Made by a program: the position numbers and the translations under genes. Below, in pieces: positions 29,127 through 39,076 of a stretch of DNA of 64,000 nt (the first letter of the stretch is position 1; every line of letters starts with the position of its first letter). A model generated the notes under the pieces. That model made no database searches and was not told the DNA's origin. It saw only the letters and a program-made list of their open reading frames with translations. The stretch covers positions 169,378 through 233,377 of the IMG/VR virus record IMGVR_UViG_3300024239_000015; one strand, written 5' to 3'.

Positions 29127-30638
29127 TTAACGACCCAGAGGTTTTAAGAAGTCCTGAAGTTTCTCGTTTAATCGATTAAACTCCGCTTCATCCAACCGAC
29201 TGCCCGCATCTTTACCACGTTCGATTAACTTCAAGTACCGCTCTTTCGTACGTTTGAGTTCATCGTCTTGTTTCGCTAACGCTTCCCGGTAGAACGCCTT
29301 GACTTCTTTTAAGAAGTTTTCGTACTCTTCCGGATTGGATTCATCCACAGGGTCACTGAAGATACGATCGCGAATGTCACTTCTAAGTTTCCTTGCAGTT
29401 TCAAACGTTTTAAACACGCGACGCACAAGCTCGTAGTTAAACCGTTCGAAGTGAGCAAATGCACCCAATGACTGCTGAAGCTCTCTGACAATTTGTCGGA
29501 TCAACTCTGGTGTGGAAACCACTCCGTCTTTGGTGATCGGGTAGTTGTAAGCGTTATGCCGTCCCGTCTTTACTTGTTGTCCGCCCACCCCACCGTTTAA
29601 GTACCCTAAAAGCTCATTGACTTTTAAGCTCTCTAAGTAGGTAGGTCCACCAGCAACAATCGCAGCAGTGTGCTCAAATGCTTTTGTTGCTTCTGCAAAG
29701 AGCGTAGTGGCCGTTTGTGAGGTTAGCGCAACCGTTTCTTTACTGAACTGAGCCAGTGGGTTATGGTCAGGTAAGAACGCAGCGAAGATATCGATCAGCC
29801 CCACGTGTCCTTTGACGTACCCTTTGTACGCACCCCCACTAAACCAGATCGCTTGTTTACCGATCTGTTGCTGGAGCTGCTCTTGCTCAGCAAGAAAAGC
29901 TGTACAGTTGGCGCGTAAAGTATCTTCATCGCTGAGTTCTAGCTTGCCAGTTTCTGTACTGTCTGCTTTTTTCACAAACACAGCAAGCTCTAACGCTTGT
30001 GCAGCCACCCCTTGTAGGAGTTTACGCATTTCAATATGGAGGTTATCTAAACGGTTAGAGATCTGAGGGTCAGTCACAAACCGCAAAGCGAATTCACTGA
30101 CGTGGTGTTTCTGCTCTTTGATCACAGACTCTTCCACAGTTCTGACACGAGACTCAAAGAACTGTCGTAAGTTAGACGGTGCTTTCTTTGCGTGTTCTTC
30201 TGTAGCTTCATCTGCGTCAGTTTCGTTGAGTGCAGCAGCAATGTCTTCTGCTGCTTTTTCTACGGCTTCTACGCCTTCTTGGGTTTTGTTTTTGATCCAC
30301 TTGTACAGCTTGACAATCAACACACCTACAGCCACTAACGCAGCAGCGATCACAGCTAATGCGATTGTGAGGATACCTTCACAGGCTAAAGTTTTCTGCG
30401 TTAAGCTAGGGGCAGTCGTGTACCGAGAGGTTTGTTCGAACAGTCCCGTAGGGAGTAAAGACTCTAACGCCACAGCGTTTTGTTTAGACATCCCACGAGC
30501 GTCAATCTGTACGTACTGAGCGCTCAGCGTCTCAAACGCTTGCTCTAAGTCTTGTAGTACAGTTTGTTCACTCTCAAAGAGGTCTTTTAACTCCCCACGA
30601 CTCCCCGCAAGGTATGCGTCGTCTTCGGTGAGGTACAT
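29127..30638 (-). CDS. Internal head protein with a hydrophobic segment after the propeptide
   Basis: ALES, 'YTTAPSLTQKTLACE' followed by 'ILTIALAVIAAALVAVGVLIV'. Confidence 0.65.
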   Translation of the reverse strand: MYLTEDDAYLAGSRGELKDLFESEQTVLQDLEQAFETLSAQYVQIDARGMSKQNAVALESLLPTGLFEQTSRYTTAPSLTQKTLACEGILTIALAVIAAALVAVGVLIVKLYKWIKNKTQEGVEAVEKAAEDIAAALNETDADEATEEHAKKAPSNLRQFFESRVRTVEESVIKEQKHHVSEFALRFVTDPQISNRLDNLHIEMRKLLQGVAAQALELAVFVKKADSTETGKLELSDEDTLRANCTAFLAEQEQLQQQIGKQAIWFSGGAYKGYVKGHVGLIDIFAAFLPDHNPLAQFSKETVALTSQTATTLFAEATKAFEHTAAIVAGGPTYLESLKVNELLGYLNGGVGGQQVKTGRHNAYNYPITKDGVVSTPELIRQIVRELQQSLGAFAHFERFNYELVRRVFKTFETARKLRSDIRDRIFSDPVDESNPEEYENFLKEVKAFYREALAKQDDELKRTKERYLKLIERGKDAGSRLDEAEFNRLNEKLQDFLKPLGR

Positions 30639-30651
30639 AACACGCTCCTAT

Positions 30652-31359
30652 TTACGCTTGTAATTGACGATGGGTGACGAGTGTGAGTGTACTCACGGCA
30701 CCTAGTAACGAAACGCGCTCTAAAAGCGCTGTAAGGCCCTCTACCACCGCTGGGATGTACGGGTCATCCAAAGGGACTTGTACAGACAACCGATCCGCTA
30801 CAGTGTCTTGGAGTAACGACACCAGCGTGTGAGGTTTGAGTAACGCATGTTTAGGTAACACACGTACACTTTGTTTACATAAAGGTTTCCACTCGTGTAT
30901 CCGATCCCGTAACACCGCCACGGTATCAAACGGAGTCCGTGTCGTTATCCCTAACCACGACAACCACGCGTCTCGTTCTGTGAGGGCGTGGAAGTGGTCT
31001 AAAACGTCTAATGCATCCTCTAGTAAAGGTGTACTTAGCACTGTTTTTAAAACGTCTACGGTGTCTCTGGTGTCGGTATACAAGGCAGAGAGAGGCTGCT
31101 GTAATTGGGTATGTGCGCGTGCGCACTGAAGCCACCTGTGGTCGTTCCGAAGGTCTAACGAGTGAGGGTCGATCGCGTACTCTGAAAGCTCAGAGAGAAC
31201 TTTCGCTAAGTACTGGCAACCGATTCCGAACGTCTGTTGGAATTCGTGTAAGAACGTGTTTAAGTGCGCTTCTGTGCAAACGACACGAGGGGTCTCTAGA
31301 AAGACCCCTACTTCGGCAGGTAACGCGTCTATGACGTGACTGTATTGCCCTGTGACCAT
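30652..31359 (-). CDS. Hypothetical virion-associated protein
   Basis: Start at MVTGQY minimises overlap with the upstream gene. Confidence 0.55.
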   Translation of the reverse strand: MVTGQYSHVIDALPAEVGVFLETPRVVCTEAHLNTFLHEFQQTFGIGCQYLAKVLSELSEYAIDPHSLDLRNDHRWLQCARAHTQLQQPLSALYTDTRDTVDVLKTVLSTPLLEDALDVLDHFHALTERDAWLSWLGITTRTPFDTVAVLRDRIHEWKPLCKQSVRVLPKHALLKPHTLVSLLQDTVADRLSVQVPLDDPYIPAVVEGLTALLERVSLLGAVSTLTLVTHRQLQA

Positions 31360-31742
31360 GCTGACATTCCCTGTGCTACGTAATCGGCTTCTATGGCGTC
31401 TACTAACTGCTTGTAAGCGCCTACGTGGTTTGGATCGATCTTCGGAATGATCTGGTCTAACTGACAACCTAAGCTGTAAGCGCACAGTAACCGAGCATCG
31501 TAAAACTCACGTACCTTTTGGATCACGTAAGGAACTTTCAGGATCACCGACTCGTTGATGTCAGACACCGAGTCACGAATATACCCCTGGCAATGTTTCG
31601 CGTAGAAACCTAACGCGTCATCTTTGTTGTTTACCGGCAAAGGCATTGCCCATGCCAATGCGGCAGCGACATGTAAGTCGATGTCTGGGACGTTGAGTTC
31701 TTTCAGGGTCTTAGCAACCTGAAGTGCGGTCGTATGGTTCAT
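31329..31742 (-). CDS. Conserved hypothetical protein
   Basis: 137 aa with AAGGAG RBS. Confidence 0.65.
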   Translation of the reverse strand: MNHTTALQVAKTLKELNVPDIDLHVAAALAWAMPLPVNNKDDALGFYAKHCQGYIRDSVSDINESVILKVPYVIQKVREFYDARLLCAYSLGCQLDQIIPKIDPNHVGAYKQLVDAIEADYVAQGMSAWSQGNTVTS

Positions 31743-31760
31743 TCACCACTCCTTATTGTT

Positions 31761-33065
31761 TTAGCTTTGTAATTGACGGAATTCAGCAGCGCGAGCGTAC
31801 AGGTTATTTGCAGCAAGCTTTTCAAGCTCGATCTGCATTTTGTACGTACGGCGTTGTTTACGGGTACCTGGAACGATTACCAGCCAGATCTTCTGCCACA
31901 GGGACTCACGGTCGGTTAATTTCTTAACCAGTAACTCGATGGCGTCAAGATCTTCTAAGACCTTTTTCTCGACAGCTGGTTGTAAGTCCTTATCTTTCAG
32001 CATCGTCTGTAAATCACGACGTATGCGCTCTAGGCGTAATTCAGGTTGGTCGTAGTCGTCGTAGAACGGGTTATTAAACAGAATCGACAGTATGATCGTG
32101 ATAGATGTGGGTTCACCTTTTGATGCTGCTATGACAAAACCAATGAACCCTAAGATTTTTATGATTTCTGTTATTAAAAATAAAATCGTGCCGCGTGCCG
32201 ACCGAGCTCCAATTCCAAAGAACGCGCCGTGGTACAGTTTTGACAGAGCCGAAGCTAACGCCAAAGACGCACCGTGGCGAGACGAAAACTGATCACTCAG
32301 GTGCTCGTAGCTACGGACGTCAAATAAAGGAACACCGAACTCAGAACGCGTCTCTTCGATTTTGTCTTTTAAGATCAACGTTTGGAAGACGTCAGCGTCG
32401 CTCGTTTCAGCAACGTGCTCTTTGTCTTCTATTTTGATCTCCATGACGTTCTCTAAGTCTTCTAAGAACTCGATACGTTGTTTGGCGTTCTCGATACCCA
32501 TGAACTCACGCGTCGCTTGCGTCAAGACGTAGTTGGTCGTTAGGGTCTCCGCCAAACACTCGTAGTAGGAGAAGACATGACCCAGCTCATGTAGAATCAC
32601 TGCTGCAATTTCGTCTGGTGTGAAATCGCTTGTGAACATTCCTTTAGTCACAGCGGCGTCGAGTGTGAGTTTCGAGAACGCACCTGTGACTTTTGACTTC
32701 TCGCGATCTACCACACCGACCGCTTTCTTGTAGTCGTTACAACGCACCAACGCTTTCCCTTGTTCGTTCGAGCCCCAACTAGAACGTCTAAACATGGAAA
32801 TCAACGGATGGTTGACATCGATCGTCGGTGGCATCACGTACGCATTTGGGCTAGGTGAGAAATCGACAATAAACAACGTGTCTATCCCTAAGCGATCAAA
32901 GATCACTTTACGTAAACGTGTGCGCTTAAACGCGTCTTTGTCGTATTTCCCTTCGGCTTTCACTTCAGAGATAATCAGAGAGATCTCATTAAAAAGTGCG
33001 GGGTCTTGGTGCGCGATTGCTTCAGCGGCGTACCGCTTTAAAATGGGTTTCATAAACCTCTCCAA
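31761..33065 (-). CDS. Virion protein with HExxH zinc-metallopeptidase motif (phiKZ gp84-like)
   Basis: 'EIAAVILHELGH', downstream 'EHLSDQFSSRHG..LASALSKL' (M48-like layout), hydrophobic segment. Confidence 0.65.
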   Translation of the reverse strand: MERFMKPILKRYAAEAIAHQDPALFNEISLIISEVKAEGKYDKDAFKRTRLRKVIFDRLGIDTLFIVDFSPSPNAYVMPPTIDVNHPLISMFRRSSWGSNEQGKALVRCNDYKKAVGVVDREKSKVTGAFSKLTLDAAVTKGMFTSDFTPDEIAAVILHELGHVFSYYECLAETLTTNYVLTQATREFMGIENAKQRIEFLEDLENVMEIKIEDKEHVAETSDADVFQTLILKDKIEETRSEFGVPLFDVRSYEHLSDQFSSRHGASLALASALSKLYHGAFFGIGARSARGTILFLITEIIKILGFIGFVIAASKGEPTSITIILSILFNNPFYDDYDQPELRLERIRRDLQTMLKDKDLQPAVEKKVLEDLDAIELLVKKLTDRESLWQKIWLVIVPGTRKQRRTYKMQIELEKLAANNLYARAAEFRQLQS

Positions 33066-33138
33066 TGGTCCAACGGATTAAATAGTTACACACGATTGAC
33101 ATACTGTAGGATAACTTTACACGTAAGTAAGGATCAAG

Positions 33139-35283
33139 ATGTCTGAACAACCAAAAAAAGAGATCAAAGGGATTGAATGCAAGCATGTCATTTACATGCC
33201 TTCGAACCGAGCGATGTCTTCTGATGATGCGGTGTTTATCAAAGAACGTATCCATTTTCAAGACGGAACACAAACCACCAACTTCCGTCAAGTGAATAAC
33301 CCACCGATGGATTTCTACGTGGTAAAACCTGCACTGCGCACCTACCGTGAGAAAAAGATCGCAGAACCTTTGAGTCGTTTACAGAAGTACACGACGACTC
33401 AACGCAAACTCCCTGAGAAGCTTTCTCAAGCGTTAGGGTTACGAGGCGGTAAAGACTTACCATTGCGACGTTTAGCGCGCTCTCCGTACGTGTATGGTGC
33501 CGATGCTACTGTTGCGACACGGATTAAAAAGAAATACCAAGAACGCTGGCCTGACGTATCCTCCAAGTCCACTTTAGCTGTACTCGACATAGAAACCGAC
33601 GTTGTGGACTCGGATGAATTTGGGGATATCATCGCAATCTCACTGACGTGTGGGAAACACGCCGTGTTAGTTGCTACAGAAAAGTTCTTAGAAGGAACTG
33701 TAGACGTTGAGCGTCGACTCTTTGCAGCGATTGATAAACACATCGGTGAAGACATCCGTCAGCGTGAGATCACCGTCGACTTTAAGGTCGTTGACTCTCC
33801 TGCGGCAGCAGTGAAATACGTCATGCAACGAGCGCATGAACTCGAACCTGACTTTATGGCGTGTTGGAACATCAACTTCGACTTACCTAAACTCATTGCT
33901 ACTGTACAGGAAGAAGGACTGGACGTTGGTCAGGTGTTCTGTGACCCTCGTGTTCCTTACGAATTCAGAAACCCACGGTATATCGAAGGGACTGAAAACA
34001 AAGTCACAAGCTCTGGGAAACAACAACCGTTGAGTCCCCATGAACGCTGGCACACTTTTGACGTCCCGTCTACGTTTTACTGGGTAGACGCCATGATCGT
34101 TTACGCGATGATTCGTAAAGCTGCAGGGATGGAATCCAGTTACAAACTCGATGACGTACTGGATAAAAACATCAAACGTCAGAAACTGAAATTCGATGGA
34201 GCGAAAGGGAAGTCTGGGAGAGAATGGCACTACGTCATGCAGACTCAATACAAAATTGAGTACTTGGTATATAACTTATTCGACTCCATCGGTGTAGAGC
34301 TTCTGGATGAGAAAACGATGGACTTGCAATTGACGTTACCTGAATTGGTAGGGTTTGGTGAGATCCACACGTTTAAGTCTACGCCTAAACAGTTAGCGGA
34401 TGACTTACACTTCTTCTGTTTAGAAAACCAGATGGTACTCTGTAGTATCTCTGACCAAATGCTAGACCCGTTAGACGAGTACGTGATCTCCCGTGAAGGG
34501 TGGATTATCACGCTTCCTTCACACCTAGTGGAGGAGAATGGGATTTTCGTATGCTCAGACTTTCCTGAGCTTCGGTCTCAAGCACGATGTTGGGTAAGCG
34601 ATTCTAGGTGTGTTACGACACACCGAGTCCCCTATTCTCGAAAGAGAGTGGGTGTAGGTTCTTTAATTGCTGGAATACACTAAAGCTCAAAACGCTACAA
34701 CGCAGTCCGTGAGGACAGACGTGAATGCCATCGAAAGATAGAAAAAAGTTTTGAGATAACCTAAGCTGAAATAAAAGCTTTGTTAGACGCAAGGTGCTAA
34801 GGGTTGTAAACAATGGTTAACCAGCAGCTGGGGTGGTTCTAAACCACCAGAGTTCAACGACTATCCCGTAGCGGGGAGTAGGGACGCAAGCGGAGTATAC
34901 ACTCAAGGCGTTTCGAAATAAGAACCCACCTAAACGCGTTTCTAACGCGCACGGTGAAGATATAGTCTGGGCGTGCAGGGAAAACCTGCAGCAGTGTGGG
35001 CAACCACGCGGAGAGTAAGTCGCGTTTACTCTTGAACAAACCGTTAGACGTAAAATCCTCTTATCCGTACACAGAGATCTTCTTAAACGTCTGTAAGTCA
35101 ACGACGTTGGTAGAAGTGTGTGAGATTGTAGGGGTGTCCGACCAAGACCGTCGGATATGTGGGATTAACATGACAGGTGGGATGACCAACGCGGTAGACT
35201 GGTGTTGTACGATGTATCAATTACCAAGGTTTGACGATGCATTAGAAGCGTACTTAGCTGAGCAAGAAAAGGAGGTCGCATGA
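33139..35283 (+). CDS. Split family-B DNA polymerase, exonuclease/motif-A subunit (phiKZ gp82-like), join(33139..34602,35044..35283), 567 aa spliced
   Basis: ExoI DIETD, ExoII WNINFDLP, ExoIII YNLFD; splicing restores PolB motif A WVSD|LDVKSSYP. Confidence 0.85.
34603..35043 (+). mobile_element. Group I intron (IA-like, no homing endonuclease ORF), 441 nt
   Basis: P AATTGCTGGAA (34665), Q AACCAGCAGC (34819), R GTTCAACGACTA (34852), S AAGATATAGTCT (34957). P1 GAU|UC pairs with GAGUC (U-G at the splice site); P10 UCUAG/UUAGA; terminal G at 35043. Confidence 0.92.
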
Positions 35284-35702
35284 GGCTGTCTGTGTTACTG
35301 ATCGCTCACCGTACGGTGACTGAGCCTAAACCTAAGCCGTTTCTTTATGGAACGGTGGAGGTGATATTCGACTCCATCGACCAGAAAGCGTACGAGTGGG
35401 TGTTACTAGAGCGTTTTGAGCACGGGTTTGCTGAGCTACGCATGCAGCTTGGGTTACTGGACTTACCACGCAAACACCAAGCGTTATTCGATAGCGTAAT
35501 AGACGATCTCACCAGTGCTAAACTCATCGCACTGGAAACCTTTCAACAAGCTCCTTCACTCACACGGCAAGTCCCTCATAAAGGACAACACGATCGTTTA
35601 CGGGAAGGAGTCGAAAGTCACGTGGAGTTTGAACCCATACGTCACACGTGGGGAGACCCCTCACACTTTGCAGTGACGTTGTTGGTGTTACCTAAAGACT
35701 AG
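35280..35702 (+). CDS. Hypothetical protein
   Basis: ATGA overlap with the polymerase stop; AGGAGG RBS. Confidence 0.65.
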   Translation: MRLSVLLIAHRTVTEPKPKPFLYGTVEVIFDSIDQKAYEWVLLERFEHGFAELRMQLGLLDLPRKHQALFDSVIDDLTSAKLIALETFQQAPSLTRQVPHKGQHDRLREGVESHVEFEPIRHTWGDPSHFAVTLLVLPKD

Positions 35703-35705
35703 ACC

Positions 35706-35739
35706 GCATACAGAGAGAGCTCAGGCTCTCTCTGTATGC
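35706..35739. terminator. Bidirectional terminator
   Basis: GCATACAGAGAGAGC-TCAG-GCTCTCTCTGTATGC between convergent genes. Confidence 0.8.
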
Positions 35740-35751
35740 ACGTACAGTGTA

Positions 35752-36534
35752 TTAAATCGCACAGAACTGTTTGTACCACGCCATGAAGCGTTGACGGTAC
35801 GTTTCGTTCTTAATGCAACGGAACGCTAATTGCAGGTTGTAACGGCTGGAGACTAAAGCGCGCTCACCTGGGTTTGACGTAGACACAGAAACCAATACCG
35901 TGAAGAAGTCTTTAAACTCTTCGATCTGTGGTTTAGTCATACGGATGTCACGTGCGTCTAAGAAACGGAACAGGTGACGAGGACCGAAAGCGCTTTGTGT
36001 ACCTAACGCTTCTGTTAACGCTTTCATGCAGTGGCCGAAGTGTTGACCGTTACTGTATTCGATGGCTTGCATCACACCACGGAATAAAGCCGATTGGTGA
36101 TTTGCACCAGTACGAATTTCTACAGCAACGTTCGCTGCCATTTCTTTCACGTAGGCGTCGATGGTTCGTTTGAATACAGCGACTTCAGGCGCGTCTGCCG
36201 GAGTAGCGGCTGGTTCTTCCCAACGACTGGCTGGCTCTGCTGGGGCAGGGGTTGGAGTTTCTACAGCAGCTGGCTCTTCCACTACAGGCGCTTCTTCAGC
36301 TGTGGCTTCTGGCTCCGTTGACACGTCAGTAGCAGCCATTTCAGCTTCTGTAGTGACGTCGTCGTTTTCTGGAGTCTCTGCAGTTTCAGAAGCTGGTTCA
36401 TCCACACCAATTGATTCTTCTGCGCTGTCTAATTGGCCAATTTCTGTTTCCAGTTCGGTCGTTTCTACCGCAGGTGCTTCAGTCGGCGCTGTTGCTGCGG
36501 TGGTGTTGTTTCTTTTCTTGGACATTGTAAACAT
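35752..36534 (-). CDS. Conserved hypothetical protein with acidic disordered N-terminus (phiKZ gp81-like position)
   Basis: E/T/A/P-rich first ~115 aa, then a helical domain. Confidence 0.65.
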   Translation of the reverse strand: MFTMSKKRNNTTAATAPTEAPAVETTELETEIGQLDSAEESIGVDEPASETAETPENDDVTTEAEMAATDVSTEPEATAEEAPVVEEPAAVETPTPAPAEPASRWEEPAATPADAPEVAVFKRTIDAYVKEMAANVAVEIRTGANHQSALFRGVMQAIEYSNGQHFGHCMKALTEALGTQSAFGPRHLFRFLDARDIRMTKPQIEEFKDFFTVLVSVSTSNPGERALVSSRYNLQLAFRCIKNETYRQRFMAWYKQFCAI

Positions 36535-36647
36535 TCCTTAAGCTTAGGGAAATTAAAGGACGCCGGCCGACGCCCAAAGGATTCGTCACACAAATGATTA
36601 TTTTACAGCAAAAAAGAAAGAAACCGAAGCTTCTTTCTTTGTGTACG

Positions 36648-37091
36648 CTAAACCCGATGGTGCAGCACCGCTTGGCCCACGGCTTGCTTTACCGACTGCT
36701 CGGTCACCACGCCAAACATTCCAGCTAAGTGTTCGTACACCTGCGCACAGACTTCATCAAAGATCAACCGCATAGCTGGGTTGCTCAGATTTTGGTAAGC
36801 GTCAATTAACACACTCAGACGTTTGGGCGTGTTGTCTGCCTCCGATTCAAATAACACCTTACAAGTGGGAGTACGGTCATGTACGTCGTGTAAATGTACC
36901 GTAATTCCAAGGTCGTGGTTAGGGACTAAAGTATTTACGGTGTAGTCACACACCACACCAGCAACAGCCAGTGCTTCTCTGAGTTGTGTCAGCAACGGAC
37001 CCTGTAAGTCTGTGTAACGACTACCTTTGAAATGAAAGTCTAACAACGTTTTCACTTTAAACGTTGGTTTTTCAAATAACACTAAACTCAT
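36648..37091 (-). CDS. Hypothetical protein
   Basis: Coupled minus-strand operon. Confidence 0.6.
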   Translation of the reverse strand: MSLVLFEKPTFKVKTLLDFHFKGSRYTDLQGPLLTQLREALAVAGVVCDYTVNTLVPNHDLGITVHLHDVHDRTPTCKVLFESEADNTPKRLSVLIDAYQNLSNPAMRLIFDEVCAQVYEHLAGMFGVVTEQSVKQAVGQAVLHHRV

Positions 37092-37624
37092 CTTTCTCTC
37101 CTTTCAAGAAATTCTAACAATTGATCCCAATCTAAGTCACGTTGGTACGTACCGTGTTCGGCCCACCAACACACTTGAGACTTCCCGCGCATGAGTTTGT
37201 TATTCGGTACGGAATACACCGCAAAACGAAAGCCCAATTCTTTCATTTCTTCCCAGGTGTCTTTGAAGGGTACCCAGACGTAGTGGTTAGGGCATTCGCT
37301 ATCAAATCCACAGAGGACAGACGTTCCGGACAACTCCATGGGAATACCGTCTTCACGCGGTTCTGGCGGATACCCACGCAACTCACGTTTGTACCGCCAA
37401 CAGATCGATTCTAGTGACGTGTCGTAACAGGGAGCAGACCAAGGACCGACGTACTCTCGTGTGTCGCCGATTTTCACTTGGACTTCTAACCGGACTACTT
37501 CTACCAGTGTGGTATCCGCGCCTACCGGAAGCGGTGTTACTTTCTTGTGGGTTTCATCACGGTAAGAAACCACAGGAGGTCGATTACGATCCCTTACTCT
37601 TCTTTCAAACGCAGTTGTCGCCAT
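37088..37624 (-). CDS. Hypothetical protein
   Basis: GGGAGG RBS; coupled operon. Confidence 0.65.
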   Translation of the reverse strand: MATTAFERRVRDRNRPPVVSYRDETHKKVTPLPVGADTTLVEVVRLEVQVKIGDTREYVGPWSAPCYDTSLESICWRYKRELRGYPPEPREDGIPMELSGTSVLCGFDSECPNHYVWVPFKDTWEEMKELGFRFAVYSVPNNKLMRGKSQVCWWAEHGTYQRDLDWDQLLEFLERRER

Positions 37625-38052
37625 AACTGCATCCTCCCTACTTCGGTTTGTAGTTTCCCTTCTTGAGCCGCTTTCTGTAGAACTACAGCGCGCCGATTCA
37701 ACTCACCCCACGCCTCTTCGTCCTCAAAGGTCGAGACACAACTCATCCAGATGTCCACCCAGATCACCGCCGCGACGGATCGCAAATTGTCTAGATCGCA
37801 CCCGCGGAAATCGCCGGAGACAGTCACGCCAGCAAAGTCGGAAGTGGGGCTTTCGATGGTATAGATTTCGATATCGCCTTTCCAGCCGTCGAGTTGGTCG
37901 ACGTCAACAAAACAGGTATGTTCGACCAGTTGACTTGGGATATATAGGCCGAGAATCAACCCGACTTCTTTTAAAGCTTCGACTAACGTGTGTTCAAAAC
38001 CGCGGTGTGTCGTGACTGGTTGAAAGTTTAAAGCGAGTTTGGTTAGTTGCAT
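37594..38052 (-). CDS. Hypothetical protein
   Basis: Coupled operon. Confidence 0.6.
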   Translation of the reverse strand: MQLTKLALNFQPVTTHRGFEHTLVEALKEVGLILGLYIPSQLVEHTCFVDVDQLDGWKGDIEIYTIESPTSDFAGVTVSGDFRGCDLDNLRSVAAVIWVDIWMSCVSTFEDEEAWGELNRRAVVLQKAAQEGKLQTEVGRMQLWRQLRLKEE

Positions 38053-38513
38053 GGGGTGGTTTCCTTTTCAGTTCGTTTGTTTACCAAAGCTTTCTCAAGC
38101 TCTCTGTGGATGTACTGTAAGTCGTTCAGTTCGTTTCCCAAACCGGAGTAAAAGTACGCTTTGATAACGTCGCCGTCTACTGTCAGCCAGAGGGTTATAT
38201 CGGCCGCTTCAACCAATACGGCATAGTGGCGTTTATACATAAACAAAGCCTGTTTGACTGGCCCATTTCTGTATATTTCCACTGTACTTAGTTCATGAGT
38301 GGTCATCACCGGTTTATTAACGTCCAGTTTCATCGAAGGTGTACACAACGCATCTAAGCGGATTAAGATCTCTTGCAGTAATTGTTGTTTTTGATGTCGC
38401 TTCAGATCTTCTTCGCGTAGTTTCGTTAAACGACGTGTAGTTAGTGTGTTGGCTATAAACGCACCGATAAATGCGCTGACTACGAGTAGAAACACGATCA
38501 TTTTATCGCTCAT
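38043..38513 (-). CDS. Hypothetical protein with N-terminal membrane anchor
   Basis: MIVFLLVVSAFIGAFIA. Confidence 0.65.
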   Translation of the reverse strand: MSDKMIVFLLVVSAFIGAFIANTLTTRRLTKLREEDLKRHQKQQLLQEILIRLDALCTPSMKLDVNKPVMTTHELSTVEIYRNGPVKQALFMYKRHYAVLVEAADITLWLTVDGDVIKAYFYSGLGNELNDLQYIHRELEKALVNKRTEKETTPCN

Positions 38514-39076
38514 GGTGTTTGTCCTTTTAGTTCAATGTGGGTTAGGTGTTCCAGAAGAGAACCCGTACGGCCTTCTTCTACCATTTCTTTAATGACTGTT
38601 TCCAGGTCGTGTGTAGCAAACACAGCAGGCGCGTTGCGGTTCGATTGTTTGTACACTTCGAGCGCACACTCAGCGGTCTCAGAGATCATCGCAGCTGTGT
38701 ACACTGAATTGTCGTGATCTCCATCGAAGTGTGATGCCATGACTGCATCATCGCTCAAGGTTAATACAGCATTAACGAAACGTACGCCGGAATACAGCAT
38801 GTACAAGTTTTTACGGACATCGAGAAGGTAACCTAAACATACCGTCATTTCATCGTCCTGCAGGAGCGCACGTAGCGCTGCTTGACGTTGCGTGCGCGTC
38901 ATGTTAAAGAGTTCAGGGAGAGTTGCTGTAATCCTTTCTCCGCCCCAATACAAATTCCCAAAGGGGAGTTTGATTAAGTTCTGCGGAAAGACAATCCCGG
39001 CACGACGCATGACTTCTCCTGAGAACGTCACAAACTTTCCTTTCTTATACAGAAACATCAGACTCCTCCTCGTCAA
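38510..39076 (-). CDS. Hypothetical protein, possibly a degenerate Ntn-fold paralog of its neighbour
   Basis: Similar layout to 39045..39587; probable start MFLYKK. Confidence 0.5.
   Translation of the reverse strand: MTRRSLMFLYKKGKFVTFSGEVMRRAGIVFPQNLIKLPFGNLYWGGERITATLPELFNMTRTQRQAALRALLQDDEMTVCLGYLLDVRKNLYMLYSGVRFVNAVLTLSDDAVMASHFDGDHDNSVYTAAMISETAECALEVYKQSNRNAPAVFATHDLETVIKEMVEEGRTGSLLEHLTHIELKGQTP

Noticed and set aside
34996-35283. Stand-alone 95-aa gene
   Set aside because: It is exon 2 of the polymerase subunit; the first 16 codons are intron sequence
15642-36541. Many antisense ORFs overlapping structural genes (e.g. 16242, 17741, 23632, 28437, 30118, 36161)
   Set aside because: Expected antisense shadows from codon bias; Ser-rich, no RBS
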